From Eledone cirrhosa (Eukaryota), in the NCBI GenBank assembly GCA_964016885.1, contig OZ024743.1, positions 229,028,001 through 229,092,000 of the forward strand: 64,000 nucleotides of DNA, read 5' to 3'. The notes below the pieces were generated by a model. It did not search any database, was not told the DNA's origin, and worked only from the letters and a program-made list of their open reading frames with translations. The position numbers were made by a program, and so were the translations under genes. Of the stretch, positions 1 through 12,665 are shown one piece after another (within the stretch, counting starts at the first letter, position 1; the number at the start of each line of letters is the position of its first letter).

Positions 1-299
1 AGATATAGGGTTGGTGTTATTTGTGTAGATGTTGTTGGTGTTGAAGTTACTGTTGTTAATGTTTGTCATTAGTATTGTTGTTGAATAGAAAAATCTCAGG
101 AAAATAATCCACTATAAAATGATTTACTTTAAAGAGTCTGAGATCAACAGAAGCACCAATATTTCTATCAGCCTTCAATGAGAGAGTGAATTCAATTCAC
201 GTAGACAAATTGTTTGGCACGTAAACCCAACAACTATTCATTGAAAAAAAAAAGAGAAAACGATATTTTGGATTTTAGTGAGTGTAAATGAAGAGATAG

Positions 300-640
300 T
301 TTTAAGGGAGTGGGTGATTGTGGTTGTGATGGAAGGGATAGTGGTGGTGATGGTTTGGATGGTGGGAGTTTAGTTGGGGGTGGTAATGGTGGTAGTAGTG
401 CTGATGTTGGTGGTAGGTAATCATGGTGGTAGTAGAGGTGGGGGCAAGTGGTGTGTAGTAGTGGTGGTGGCAGTGATAGTGATGGTGGTGGTGGTTGGTA
501 AGCATGATCATAGTAGAGGTGGGGCATGCGGTGGTAATAGTGTTGGTTGAAGTGCTGGTGATGGCAGTGGTAGTCTTGGTGTTGGCAGAAATGGTTGTGA
601 TGGTTGTGGTGGCAGTGGTAGTGGTGAATGAGATGGTGAG
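300..640. repeat. Degenerate (GGT/GTA/GAT)n low-complexity tract
   Basis: Visible trinucleotide-rich sequence; explains the Pro/His/Thr-rich spurious ORFs at 234-693. Confidence 0.85.
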
Positions 641-1689
641 ATGAAGGGATGAGTACCTAAATATGATGGATAAAACAAAAGACAGACTTCCAATCTTATC
701 TAATTTGTTGAAAGTAATTTATACACTGTACAATGATTGAACTTAAGCTTGAAAATTAAGCAATTCTGAATAGCATTAAAACGCCTATATTTGGAATACA
801 AATATATTATTTGTGTATATCTTCTTATCTCACACACTTGTGTAGGCACATTCACACCCATATACATAACTGCATTCATTCAATCAATCATGTATACATA
901 CATACGTATGCACATAAATATATATATATACAAAGATACAACTACATAAATACATATATATATACATTAAATACATGCATACATATACATTAAATACATA
1001 CATGCATACATACAAACACATATACATACATATATACATGCAAATATAGAAACACACACATACATACACATTACATTATACATGTTTGGTAAAAAGTGTG
1101 TATATATATATATATCTATATCCTATATTTACCAATCATGGCATGAAAACTATAACATTCAATGAACCAAGATATATTTGTATAAATCTACATTGCTATA
1201 AAGATTTTATTTTGTGTTTACATTAGCCAGCCTATACCAAAATGTAAATATGGTAGCAGCATTTTTATGTTACTTTAATCCTTTTCATACCAACCAGCCT
1301 AAAACTATCCTTGATTCTATGATACAAAGCTACATGTCCTAAAGTGTTCATATTCATAAATAATACTTTCTAACGTGATTTTATGTAAGAAAATTTTGTT
1401 ATGCTATGTTTCAAACACTAATGAAGGAACCCCTATGTGGCGCAGCCAAATTTCTCCAAACTGCAATCTGCCTTCTTAAAAACGAATATACACAGTGGAT
1501 AATGTAATTGCTTATAAGTCTGGTTGAACAAAGAGGACCTGGAACTTAAGATGATGAAAGCCAACCCTCAATAATGGCAAGCCTTGAATATAGAATATAA
1601 ATATGTAACTATAGATAACAAGGTATTTAGACTGCTATCGTATACATGAGTTAATATTAATATTCTATGTCAGACTTCTATCAGTTCTG

Positions 1690-1985
1690 ACAAGTGTCAC
1701 AGTTGATTCAATCAATGAAACAGCTTGCTTGTGAAATTAACTTGCAATTAGCTTAGCATTCCACAGACACATGTACCCTTAACACAGTTCCCATGGAGAT
1801 TCATCATGGCAGTGTGATATGCCTGGTCATTTGAATGTACAACTCATGTTAAAGTACAACTCATGTTTTCCAGCTGAGTTTATTGAAGCAAAATAAAATA
1901 AAGTGCCTTCCCAAAGAACACAACACTCCACCTAGAATTGAACTCATGAGTTGAACACCATCAACAAAGTCATGCATCTTCACAA
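1690..1985 (-). mobile_element. Degraded tRNA-headed SINE (family with CCTTGAGCAAGACACTTTATTT core)
   Basis: Reverse complement of the motifs in the 22190-22505 and 24283-24575 copies (gtgaaattaac..gcattccacagacac..tacccttaa; aaataaagtgccttcccaaagaacacaac). Confidence 0.65.
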
Positions 1986-2074
1986 TATCAACAATATGCA
2001 AGAATAACAAATATAGGATTACTCTTGCATTAATTTTAAGCTGACTGAACATATGCATTTTTTCGCCCAAGCAC

Positions 2075-2305
2075 TGGTGCTATGATAAAATACACCCAGT
2101 GCACTCTGTAAAGTGGTTGATGTTAGGAAGGGCATTCATCTATAAAACCCATGCCAACATATCTAAGCAAGACATGCCTGCTTCCTATCAATACTTGCCC
2201 ATCTGGTATGACAGTAATTCTGACTAAGTATTTGACTTAGTTTTTCACAACCATCCAACTCATGCCAGCTTGTAAAAACAGATATTAAATGCCGATGATG
2301 ATGAT
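2075..2305 (+). mobile_element. RTE 3'-tail-derived short repeat ending in (GAT)n
   Basis: ctgtaaagtggttgatgttaggaagggcat and ..ttaaatgccgatgatgatgat match the 3' end of the LINE at 49820-49987. Confidence 0.7.
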
Positions 2306-3869
2306 ACAAAAAGTTATAGTTAAAGAGCCCAATACTTCAAGTTCAATGAAAGTATTCAAATTACACAGGATATTTGAAACACATGAATTACAACATATAA
2401 ACGTGGCATTGTGAACTCATAGTCAAGCGCTACAAATCAACTTTGAAATTAATTTCCATTTATCACAATTACCATTTTCCTTGTACTCAGAGTGAGTAAT
2501 TAATCATTGTTCTTACACTCAACAACCTTTTCCTTACTATATTTCTAATGATTGCACTGCCTATATGTTTCAATTAATTTTCAATATAATCAAGATTTTA
2601 GAGGAGTTTATAAAAATATCTGTAACTATTATGCAGATAAATTATGAACTATCCCATGATAACTCTTACATTGTAATGATATTTTGATCAAGATCTCAAT
2701 TTAGACATTGATACTTTGGTGCAGGCAGTCTCAGTGGTTTAATTTTACAATTAAAATGGTGGTATTAGTTCCTTGTTTCATTTGCACATTAAGAATAATA
2801 TTTGGCAGTTTTCATTTAGGTTAGTAAAAAGAAAAGAAATTTCAATGTCATTTTATAGCGTAAACCTAAATATAATTACTTATATTAGGACAGCAGAAAT
2901 GGCCAAATGAATATGGTAACAAATTACTAAGTAAAGATGAATAAGTTCATAACTTTTCCTTTATATTTTTTTGGAAATATCCTTATTTTCTTGTGCACTA
3001 AATTGTAATGAAGCGCCAATTATTAGATTGGACAAAAAACAAAACAATGGTTCTGTTAGTCTTTTCATTACTGATACGATCTGTTCATTGTTTTGCATTT
3101 ATATTTTAGGAAAACCTCCTTATCAGATAAAACCAAGGAAACAATGTTTCTACTGGTGTTTTCATTTTTGATACTATCTTGCAGTCACAACCCCTGAAAC
3201 AAGGTTATGGGATTTGAATTCAGAATGTACAAAGCTAGACCAACAATTCAACTAATCTACTACCCTTAGGCTGGTACTTTATTTACTAAACCTAAAACGG
3301 TGAAAAGTAAAATTGTCCTCGCAAGGATATGAAGTCAGAGTGCAGTAAGCTAGAACAAATACTGAGAGGCATTTAATCTGCCAATTTGTCACCTCAAGCT
3401 GAAAAGAGTATGTACTAAATCAAACCTGAAATAGCCTCAGCAAGACACTTTATTTAGCATTGCTCCAGTCCACTCTGCTGGTAAAAATGAGTTGTACATG
3501 TAATGAAAATGGCCTGAATTGTTTCACACTGTGTTGAGTCTCCCAGGGAACTACATTAAGGGTACACGTGTCTGTGGAATGCTCAGCCACTTTCATGTTA
3601 ATTTCACAAGCAGACTGTTTCATTGTTTAAACAACCAGAATACTTATCAGAATCAAAATTGTGAAGGTGAAAAGCCTTTTGTTGTTTTTTTTTTGTTTCA
3701 TTCTAGCTGGAATATGAATAAAGTATCACCAACATCATCAAAACCATCACCAACATCAAAACCAATACTGCCACTATCATTAACATGGGTCAGCCAAGTT
3801 CTTTCCAGTGCAAGTTCTTTCCCTCTGCTTTTCTTTTTCCTTCCTCTTTATGATGTTCACCATCATGTG

Positions 3870-4095
3870 ATCCACTAAACATTTCTACCGAAGTCTTTCT
3901 CAACCCATCTCTACCACATCTTCCTTTGACTTGAAACTCATGGCATTTTTTCACCAAGTTATTATCATCCATACATATTACATGTCTATACGAACACAAT
4001 ATTCTCTCTTGCACACAGTATCTGATTCCTCTTATTCCCAATGTTTTTCTCTCAACTCATCTGTGTTCCGTTGTTTATGCACACTAACATTTATA
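3870..4095 (-). mobile_element. Old RTE LINE 3' coding fragment
   Basis: ORF 3790-4041 (GIRGIRYCVQERILCSYRHVICMDD..VKKC..VKGRCGRD) is a decayed homologue of the C-terminus of 5714-6292. Confidence 0.75.
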
Positions 4096-4285
4096 TATAA
4101 AAGTATTCCTTTTCCTAATCCATTTTCAAGATACAGACAGGTTTTGGATTGTATCAAGCTTATCATAATGTACATCAAAGTGTTTTTGTATGTGTGATTG
4201 AGTTAAAAGAAACAGACACACAGACAAATGCATATTAGAAGAGTTTGTAAACATATCTGTTGACCTTGAATCTACAGGAGGTTAA

Positions 4286-4575
4286 GCTGACACCATCAAC
4301 ACCACCACTTCTACCACTTCCAGCACCCCTTCCACCACTATAATAATTTCCACCACTACTAACCACCACCATCACCACTGCTATTATCACTACCATCAGA
4401 AACCCCACCACCACGATCAACAACCACCATACTTGCTACTACTATTACCACCACTGCTACCTTATCCACCATAGCCACCACTATCAACAATTACCACCAC
4501 CACCACTGCTGCTGCCCCTGCCACCACCACTGCCTCTACCATAACCAGCATCACCACTATCAACAATCACCCTTT
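4286..4575. repeat. Degenerate (CAC/CCA/CTA)n tract
   Basis: Direct reading. Confidence 0.85.
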
Positions 4576-4924
4576 CAACATCCTTTCTACAGATATAACA
4601 TCACAGATAGCCATCAAAGTAGTGTCAACCAACGTTCTTTATAAGTGAATAAACAACAGTTTCTTTCTTTTAGATAAAGGGAGAGTAGAACAGAAACACA
4701 ATCAATGGGAATCATCATATATGTAGATACATACATACCTGTACACACATACACAAACATGCACATACACACAGGTACACATGCAAACTTGCACACACAA
4801 GCACATGCTAACTCAAACACAAAGATAGCACATACACACAATATTCAATCACAATAAACATAATACAAAAACAACACCCACCCACACACGCCTACATACA
4901 TATATAAACATTCATATATATGAT

Positions 4925-5090
4925 TATGGTGGCTGCCAACTCGTTTTCGAGTACAGCCACTACTTTATATCCATGTAGGAGAACGCTTACCGATGCACTG
5001 AACTAGTGTGACTTTTTAGTCCAGTTAGCGACTTGAAAACTCTGGTACAAACACTACACTTGTGACAATTATTGACACATAGTGCTGGGC
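4925..5090 (-). mobile_element. 3' end of a different RTE-like LINE family with a C-terminal C2H2-type finger and 3' stem-loop
   Basis: Minus frame ends CSVCTRVFKSLTGLKSHTSSVHR*; after a short UTR comes the hairpin gtggctg-cca-actcg-tttt-cgagt-a-cagccac (~4928-4960). Confidence 0.55.
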
Positions 5091-5091
5091 C

Positions 5092-5265
5092 CTTGATACC
5101 ATGTGACGACAAGTGCAGAGAGATCTCCAGATATAAAGCAATGCCTGTGCTATGAAGCTTGTATAGTGAGCAAAGGCACTTGATACCATGTGACGACAAG
5201 TGCAGAGAGAGCTGCAGATATAAAGCAATGCCTGTGCCATGAAGCTTGTATAGTGAGCAAAGGCA
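5092..5265. repeat. Two-copy 87-bp tandem duplication
   Basis: cttgataccatgtgacgacaagtgcagagag...tagtgagcaaaggca begins at 5092 and again at 5179. Confidence 0.95.
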
Positions 5266-5322
5266 CTGCACAAAGCCAGTCCCACTCTCTTAACCAAGAT
5301 GATATTTACCAAAAAGAAGAAC

Positions 5323-8300
5323 TGGCGGGTTTTCTACAGCTGGATGCCCTTCCTAACACCAACCACATTTACAGTGTGGGGCTGGGAGGTTTTTACCGTG
5401 TTGCTTACATGGCCACATTGCAGCGTGGACTGTCTGGTGGGTTTTCTACAGCTGGATGCCCTTCCTAACACCAACCACATTTACAGTGTGGGGCTGGGAG
5501 GTTTTTACCGTGTTGCCTACACGGCCACATTACAGCATGAACTGTGTGTTTTTTTGTCGTGACACCTACACGATCTCATTTGTTTCGGCCTGGATGTTGT
5601 GGCACCAACATAACTTTACATTGAAAGGGGCGTTGTGGATAGGGTGGGGGTGGTGGGACGGGGGTGTATTTTGTTAGAGATGCCTACTGACTGTAGTAGG
5701 TTTTACTTTGTATTTAGGTAAGGCGGGTCTTCTCTATTACTGAGTACCGCCAAAGGTCTCGGTCCAGTGACGTTGTCTTGGTGAGGTGTAAGTGTGTGAG
5801 GTCGGAATTTATCAGCTCGTCCCAGGTCTTTCTGGGTCTGCCTATTCCGTGGCTACCGTCTATCTTTATTGCCCTGCACTTTGTTATACAGCTATCGTCT
5901 TTCATGCGCATCACGTGACCATACCAACGTAGCCTTCTCTCGAGTAAACAACATCTGATCCCTCTTATTTCTAATTTTTTCCTTAGTTCGTTTATGCTTT
6001 GCCGTTCACGTATATTACTATTACACATCCAGCGGAGCATGCAAGCTTCGTTTCTCTCTAGTCTGCGTATATCCTCTGCACACAATGCCCAGGTCTCACT
6101 GCCATGCAACATTGCTGTTCGTATGCAGGCATCATACAACCTGTCTTTCATTTTTAGGGAGAACCCTTTAGCGGCTAATAGTGGTATAAGCTCTCTGAAC
6201 TTTTTCCATCCAGTTCTGACTCTAGCTACTGTACTTTCAGAACACCCGCCCCCACTGCTGATTTTGTCACCCAGGTAACGGAAGCTGTCCACTGTTTCTA
6301 TAGAACCCTCTGCGCAGTTGAAAGAGCTAGTATTTAGTGGGCACTTGCTGCTACTTATTGCACCAGAGCACCGGCCACATATAAAATCTATGTTCTTAGT
6401 TAGCTTACTGTGATCCCACTACATCTTTTATGCACCCATACTTTGCATTTGGGACACAAGATGGAGTTTCTACCTACGCCTTTCCTACACACTGAGCATG
6501 GCCACTTCCCGGAAGGGACCGGCGCCTTATTTTCTTTCTTACAAACTAGAACTTTAGTCTTAGCCAGGATAATTTTAAGGCCTTTTGATTCTAGGCCATG
6601 CTTCCATGTTTGGAATTTCTTCTCTAGCTCGGCCATTGATTCAGCTATGAGTGTTAGGTCATCTGCATATAGGAGTTCCCATGGGCAACCAGTCTTGAAC
6701 TCCTCTGTTATAGCCTGAACGGCAATAATAAATAGTAGGGGTCTGAGAACAGAGCCCTGATGGACGCCAACTTTTACGCTAAACTCTTCACTATATTCGT
6801 TGTTAATTCTAACCTTGCTGACTGTTTCTTTATACATGGCTTGTATAGTTCTCACAAGCCATTCATCAACACCTAGTTTTCTAAGAGCCCACCAGATAAT
6901 GGAACGGGGGACTCTGTCGAAGGTTTTCTCCAAGTCGACGAAAGCTAAGTATAGGGGTTTACTTTTAGCTAGGTACTTCTACTGTAGTTGTCGTACAATG
7001 AAAAGAGCGTATGTGGTACTTTTGCCTGACACAAACCCGAACTGCATTTCATCTAGATCGATTCTCTCTCTGATTAGTTGCGCTATTACTTTTTTCGTGA
7101 TCTTCATGACCTGGTCGATTAATTTAATGCCTCTATAGTTACTCCTATCTAGGGCGTCTCCTTTACCCTTGTAGCAGTTAATGATGATGCTGCTACGCCA
7201 GTCCTTCGGAACAAACCCATTCTGTATGACTTGGTTTACTATCCGGGTGACCATGGTGTGTCCCACCGTTCCAGAGGCTTTCAGCATCTCAGCAACTATT
7301 TCCGAAGGCCCAGCCGCCTTACCCGTCTTCATATCTTTGATTGCCTTACTTATTATACTACCTTCGACTAACACTGATGGTCCCTCTATTGGGTCGATGT
7401 GGGGAGACTGTCTTTCTCCCATTTATTCTCCTCATTTAGTAGCCTTTCGTAGTGACACTTCCAAGCTACCTTCTTATCAGTGTCAGTGATGGCAAGTATG
7501 CCATCATCATTAAGTACACACTTCTCCCCGACAATATCACGGTTTTCCTTGACACATTGCCTAACAATCCTGAACACCTCACGTTTTTGGTCCTCGCGTT
7601 GTAGAACATGCTTAAACTTTCTTTCCTCTGCTTCCCTTTTTGCGAAGTACACCTGTCTCCTAGCTTCCCTCCTGGCCACTTGATAGTCTTCTCTACTTCT
7701 CCCATCCCGCCATACTTTCCAAGCCTGCTTTTTGGCCTTAATTGACTCCTCCACCTTACTGTTCCACCACCATGTTACTCTCCTCCTGCCTACAGGCCTG
7801 CTCCAGCCACAGACATCGTCTGCCGCCATCAGCAGGTTTGCTTTCAGGAATTCCCACTGTTCCTCTATATTGTACGACTCTAATTGCTCTTCCTTACTGT
7901 CAAAAGCATCAAGTAATATGCTTTTAAATTTATTTCTGGCTGTGGGGTCCTTTAGCTTCCATATTTTTCTCCTGAGGATAGTCCTCTTCTGCTGTCAAGT
8001 ACGTCTCGTCCTGACTATGAGGTCGCTAATTATCAGTCTATGTTGGGAGGTGCATTCTTCATGGGGGAGTGATTTAGTGTTTACAACAAACACTCTGTCA
8101 CGTCTTCTGGTAAGGATATAATCTACCTGGCTGGTATGTTCCCCTGATCTGTAGGTGATCAAGTGATTGTCTCGTTTTTTGAAGTTAGTGTTACAGATAG
8201 TTAGGTTATTTGCATCACAGAATTCCAGGATTCTGGAGCCTTCCTCATTTCTACTACCAAACCCATAGCCTCCGTGGATTCCGTCATAGCAGTCACAATG

Positions 8301-9460
8301 TTGACCAACGTGGCCATTTAGGTCGCCAGCAATAATTATATAGTCACTGTCGGTTATTTGGGAGGTAGTGAGCATCAGTGTCTCATAGAATCTGTCTTTT
8401 ATAGCGCCAGGCAGTCCGGATTGGGGCTCGTATGCCGATATTACTGTCACAGTAGTTCTATTTAGAACAAGTCTTATTTTAATTATTCTGTCATTTACTC
8501 TATTTACATCTATTATCTTATCCACCCATTTTTCTGCTAACATGATTCCTACTCCACCTATCCCATTGTCATTTCCCACCCAGAAAAGCTTATAGCAACG
8601 TTTTTTACCCACAATGAATCTAGCAGACCAGCCCCTCCACCTGGTCTCTTGGATACAGCAAACATCAACCGCCTTACGTTCAAGCATTTCTACAACCTCG
8701 TTAGAGCGGCCTTTTAAGGTGCCTACATTTATGGTACCAACTCTGAAGTTTTGGATTGTGTTTGGAGGATGGGGCGCAGGGATGGGTGAGGGGTTGGGGT
8801 TATGTTGGCCATCCGCGGCCGAAACAAAGAGGAGGGGGCCTTGCCCTTTCGTCCGGCAGCATGAGGTGAATTTGTCGTTATCTTTGGCATTGTCATCGAG
8901 TGTCCAGATTCTTCAGACTCTCCAGAAATTCCTTAGTCCATCCATCATATCGAAAAGCAGCCAGAAGTGATAGCATAGGCCGTTGACTTGTGATTGGTCC
9001 AAATAATAAGATGGAGAGTGGGGGCGGGAGGGAGGGGTATGGGGTAGTTAGCAAAGAGAAGATTATTTAGAACAAATGGGGTAGTTAGCGAGAGGTTTTA
9101 AATGAAATCTTCGAATTTTGGGGGGCATAATTGGAGAAGCATATAACAGTAATAATAAGCGAATAATGGGGTTTTAAAATACAAGAAGATTATTTAGAAA
9201 CAACCAGACAGAATTATAGAATAGCATTGAGAGAGAGCAAAGATTGGATTTTGGGCGATAATACGGATATATGAATGAATGGACCGATAGCAAAGAGAAG
9301 ATTATTTAGAACAATATGAATGAATGGACCGATAGGCTGGAGAGAGATGAGAAAAATGGCATTTACATTATACTTCGCAGGGACAAGGTCTGACCATTTT
9401 TAAGCGTTGACAAATTCTGAGATTCGTACCTCGCAACAGGTTTATTTATATTTGGAGACA
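5323..9460 (-). mobile_element. Near full-length RTE-clade non-LTR retrotransposon (decayed)
   Basis: Single APE+RT reading frame, ~500-bp pyrimidine-rich 5' region, and a 3' UTR matching the copy at 49610-49875. The 5' boundary is approximate and the (GAT)n tail is missing. Confidence 0.93.
5714..8948 (-). pseudogene. RTE polyprotein pseudo-ORF (APE endonuclease, reverse transcriptase, internal C4HC3 finger)
   Basis: APE motifs VGTINV, IQETRW, AGDLNGH, VDYIL, SQHRLI; RT motifs NYRGIKL, QFGF, FVDLEKTFDRV, GVHQGS, LLYADD, FRYLG. In-frame ATG at 8948; in-frame stops near 8915, 7995 and 6979; 1-nt deletions near 7405 and 6410 relative to the second copy. Confidence 0.93.
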
Positions 9461-11401
9461 CATATATATATATATAAATGATGGAAACAGTTATAATACT
9501 TTACTGTTATGCATGCAGAGAAAAATAAAAAAGCTCTCTATATTAGAATGTTACAATGTTATTACCATCAGGGCCATCATCACCAACATCATAATTATAT
9601 CATTGTCCATGCCAAGGAAATTCCCAACATGGAGAGCAAAAGAAAAAAAAAAAAAAAACTAAAAAAGCAAAGTAAAACACTGAGTAGTTTTAAGTTAATC
9701 TAATCACAATTCTCAGATATCTCTGGAAGAATCAACGTGAAGCAATATCTTGGAAAATTTCACGTTGCAGCATTACTTAGTCTACCTCACATAAGAATGG
9801 AAACTAATGATTTACTGTTGTTATTTTCGATAGATGTTTAGTGGTGACATTGATGATGATGAAAATGAAAACAATGAAGATACTGAGGATTTTGATGATC
9901 ATGTTTATGAAGACAATAATGTCATTGATGACCACAATGATATTGATGATGATGGTAACTTATAATGATGATGATGAGGACGAAGATGATGATGCAGGGA
10001 TGAGTACATTAACAGCTCTAAAGTTTTAAGTCTGTCTCAAGCCCGGAGGCTCTTAAAGCCAGTGTTTATCTCAGTTTCTTTGGCATTAAGTGACTGAGAG
10101 TACAAGACTCTAGTCAATCATAGGGTTCAACTCTGAGCTGCTTCTGCTGGTACTCATTTTCAGCTGAGCATACTGGAGCAACAGGAAATGAAGTGTTTTT
10201 CACAAGTAAACACACAACCTGATCCCAGCATTGAAACCATGGCATTATGATTCTAAGTGCAACACCCTAACCACTAAGCCATTTGCCTCCAGATATTAAC
10301 AGGGGTGGTGCGAGAATTCACAGACTAACATTATGAATGAATTTAAAACTATAAATGTGACAATTAAAGAACCATCCATTTACTAAACTAACCAAGGAAT
10401 AGATTATTTATCTGACTAATAATAAGTGAAACTAAGTGAAACTCAGTGGGGTGCATGTAGTTTTATTGGCAGCATGATTCTCCCAAAGTATAACAACATC
10501 AGTTTCAACACACTGATTCCACATAAAACATCTTCCAAAGCAAATACAAAAATGAAGTATAAATGTTTACAATGGTTACAAGAAAACATTGAACCTCTAC
10601 TAGTAAAATAAATCAAATGCTGTAAAATAGTATTATATCTGTGATCCCAAATAGTAACATATCTATGACCTGCATCTCACATTTACCATAAGTGCTATCA
10701 TTAACACCACAGCCATCCCCACTCAAACCCCTTACTTTTGACATAGCCACTTCCACCTATATATTTTAGATTTACAAATATCTTTCAATACTATCATTGT
10801 TAAAGCATCATTTCTCATTAAATATATAAAAAAAATAATTTGCCAGATCTTAAGATAGCCAGCTATGTAACAGTGTGTGATTATTTGTATGTATGTATAT
10901 GTATGTTTGTGTATATGTGTATATACTTGGGCATTTGTATGTGTGTGTGCATGAACATATGTAAAACAACGATGCTAAGAAGAGTGAAGTAAGAATTTTG
11001 TTAATAACATACTTTTATTGTACTTGTGTTCTGTGTTGTCAGTGAAAGTGTAGTTAACTCTGAATCAGCATGTAGGATGCCATATAATTAACTTGTTCAG
11101 ATAATCCATTTGTTCAGATTCCACTCATATTACATAATATCAGGCCTGGCCTTATTATATCTACATAAATGCAGTAAATTACTCTCTGGGTCTCTACTGA
11201 GCTTATTGTGACTAATAGCAGCCAGATGATATTAGTCCTTTTAAGCACCAGTTTGAAACAGGAAAGAGAATCAAACTTACAAATGTGACAAGAAATATGA
11301 ATCTATTATTTGCTGGGTGACTGCATTATTGATTGCACTACCAACAGCCTGCCACTACACCTTGCCAGATTAGTTACTATAAATTCTTTCTTCTATTTCA
11401 A

Positions 11402-11846
11402 CACTTTCATTACCTTATTTCTAATGAAAGACACTGCCTATGGTTTGAAAATAATCAAGAACCTGGATGAAATTCGTAAAACAAGTTTTTTTTTTCATTA
11501 TTAAGCTAGTGTATGGCGGGGGATTGGCAGTATCGGTAGAGGGCTCGACGCCATGCTTTGATGCATAGAGTTATGACCCTTGCCATTCTGAGTTCAAATC
11601 CCGCCAAGGTTAACTTTGCCTTTCATCCTTACCGGGTCGATAAAATAAAGTACCAGTAATACACTGAGTAATTGCTGGCCTTGTGCCAAAAGTAGAAACA
11701 ATTATCAAGCTAGTGTTTGGAACATAATAAAGGTTATTATATAAAATCATGATGAAAAGGTTTTACATAAATATAAAGCACTTTAAGATAAACAGCTTAG
11801 CATTGTAGAACCAGGGATGATTTCAAGTGGTTTGCTAACGGAATGT
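11402..11846 (+). mobile_element. piggyBac-type MITE copy interrupted by a SINE
   Basis: Internal motifs gaaagacactgcctat, aagctagtgtttggaacat and tagaaccaggg are shared with 34673-34906. Confidence 0.75.
11513..11700 (+). mobile_element. tRNA-headed SINE (GCCTTTCATCCTTACGGGGTCGATAAAATAAAGTACCAG core, Meta/MESC-like) with a 16-bp TSD
   Basis: A-box-like tggcagtatcgg and B-box gagttcaaatcc; flanked by attattaagctagtgt (11497-11512) and attatcaagctagtgt (11701-11716). The core family name is from recall. Confidence 0.9.
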
Positions 11847-12089
11847 CTAATTGTACAATTTTATCTTTCCCAGGATAGTTCTTCAACCAGTTAGTACTAG
11901 CAAGAGTGGCTATTCTACTAATGTCTAACATAGTTAGGTGCAGGCTCATAGCAAGACTTTCCTGCTGAGGGGAGGGGATATCTGGTAGTGGGATATCTTG
12001 TAGCCTAACAGGAAGTGAAGACTTTGTATGTAATTAATGGGAATAGCATCAGTGATATAAACCTTTCCCTATCACATGAAGGATTTATA

Positions 12090-12665
12090 AAGTAGTTAAT
12101 AGCTTCTGCTATTTAGGTGACCTAATAAGCAGTGGTGGAGGGTGATCCAAGAGCATAATAGCTAAAATAAGGATAGGATGGACTAAGCTTAGAGAGCAAC
12201 TCTCACTGTTGAAAACAAAATATTTCTCCCTACATACAAAAGTTTGGCTGTATGATGCCTGTGTTCAAAGTGTGATGCTGCTTAGTAATGAAACCCTAAC
12301 CATGCTTCATTGGATGCGCTATGTAAATGTGAGAGAAAGGCAGAGCTTGGACAAACTGAGGGAGAAATTGGGTATAAGAAGAATCAGGAATGGTGTGCAA
12401 GAGATAAGACTGTGTTGGTACGGACATGTGATGCACATAGTTGATGAACACTGGGTGAAAATTGCCAGGAAATCTCAGTGAAAGGAAGCCACAGTAGAGG
12501 TAGATCAAAGAAGACCTGGGAAGAAGTGGTGAGAGCAGATCTCAAATTGCTGAAACTCAGAGGAGATGATGAAGGAACATAGTGAAAGAAGAGATGCTGA
12601 GCTGAAAAGGACATGTCCAACCCATGTGAGCAGGAGAAAAGTATTTAAAAACGATGATAATGATA
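12090..12665 (+). mobile_element. Old RTE LINE 3' fragment
   Basis: LYDACVQSVMLL..MLHWM..LREKLGIRRI..RLCWYGHVM, then aaaacgatgataatgat tail. Confidence 0.85.

Noticed and set aside
234-1069. Pro/His/Tyr-rich ORFs, and similar ones at 16247-16572, 19665-20014, 37392-37689, 44304-44673 and 61601-62957
   Set aside because: Translations of microsatellite or low-complexity DNA with no domain content.
5994-8970. Plus-strand ORFs over the LINE (and minus-strand ORFs over 47859-49027)
   Set aside because: Antisense shadows of the RTE coding sequence.
9340-9460. HDV-like ribozyme at the RTE 5' end (known in some RTEs)
   Set aside because: I could not assemble the nested double pseudoknot by eye; a descriptor search is needed.
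11513-11600. tRNA genes
   Set aside because: The A/B-box heads belong to multi-copy SINEs and form no cloverleaf.
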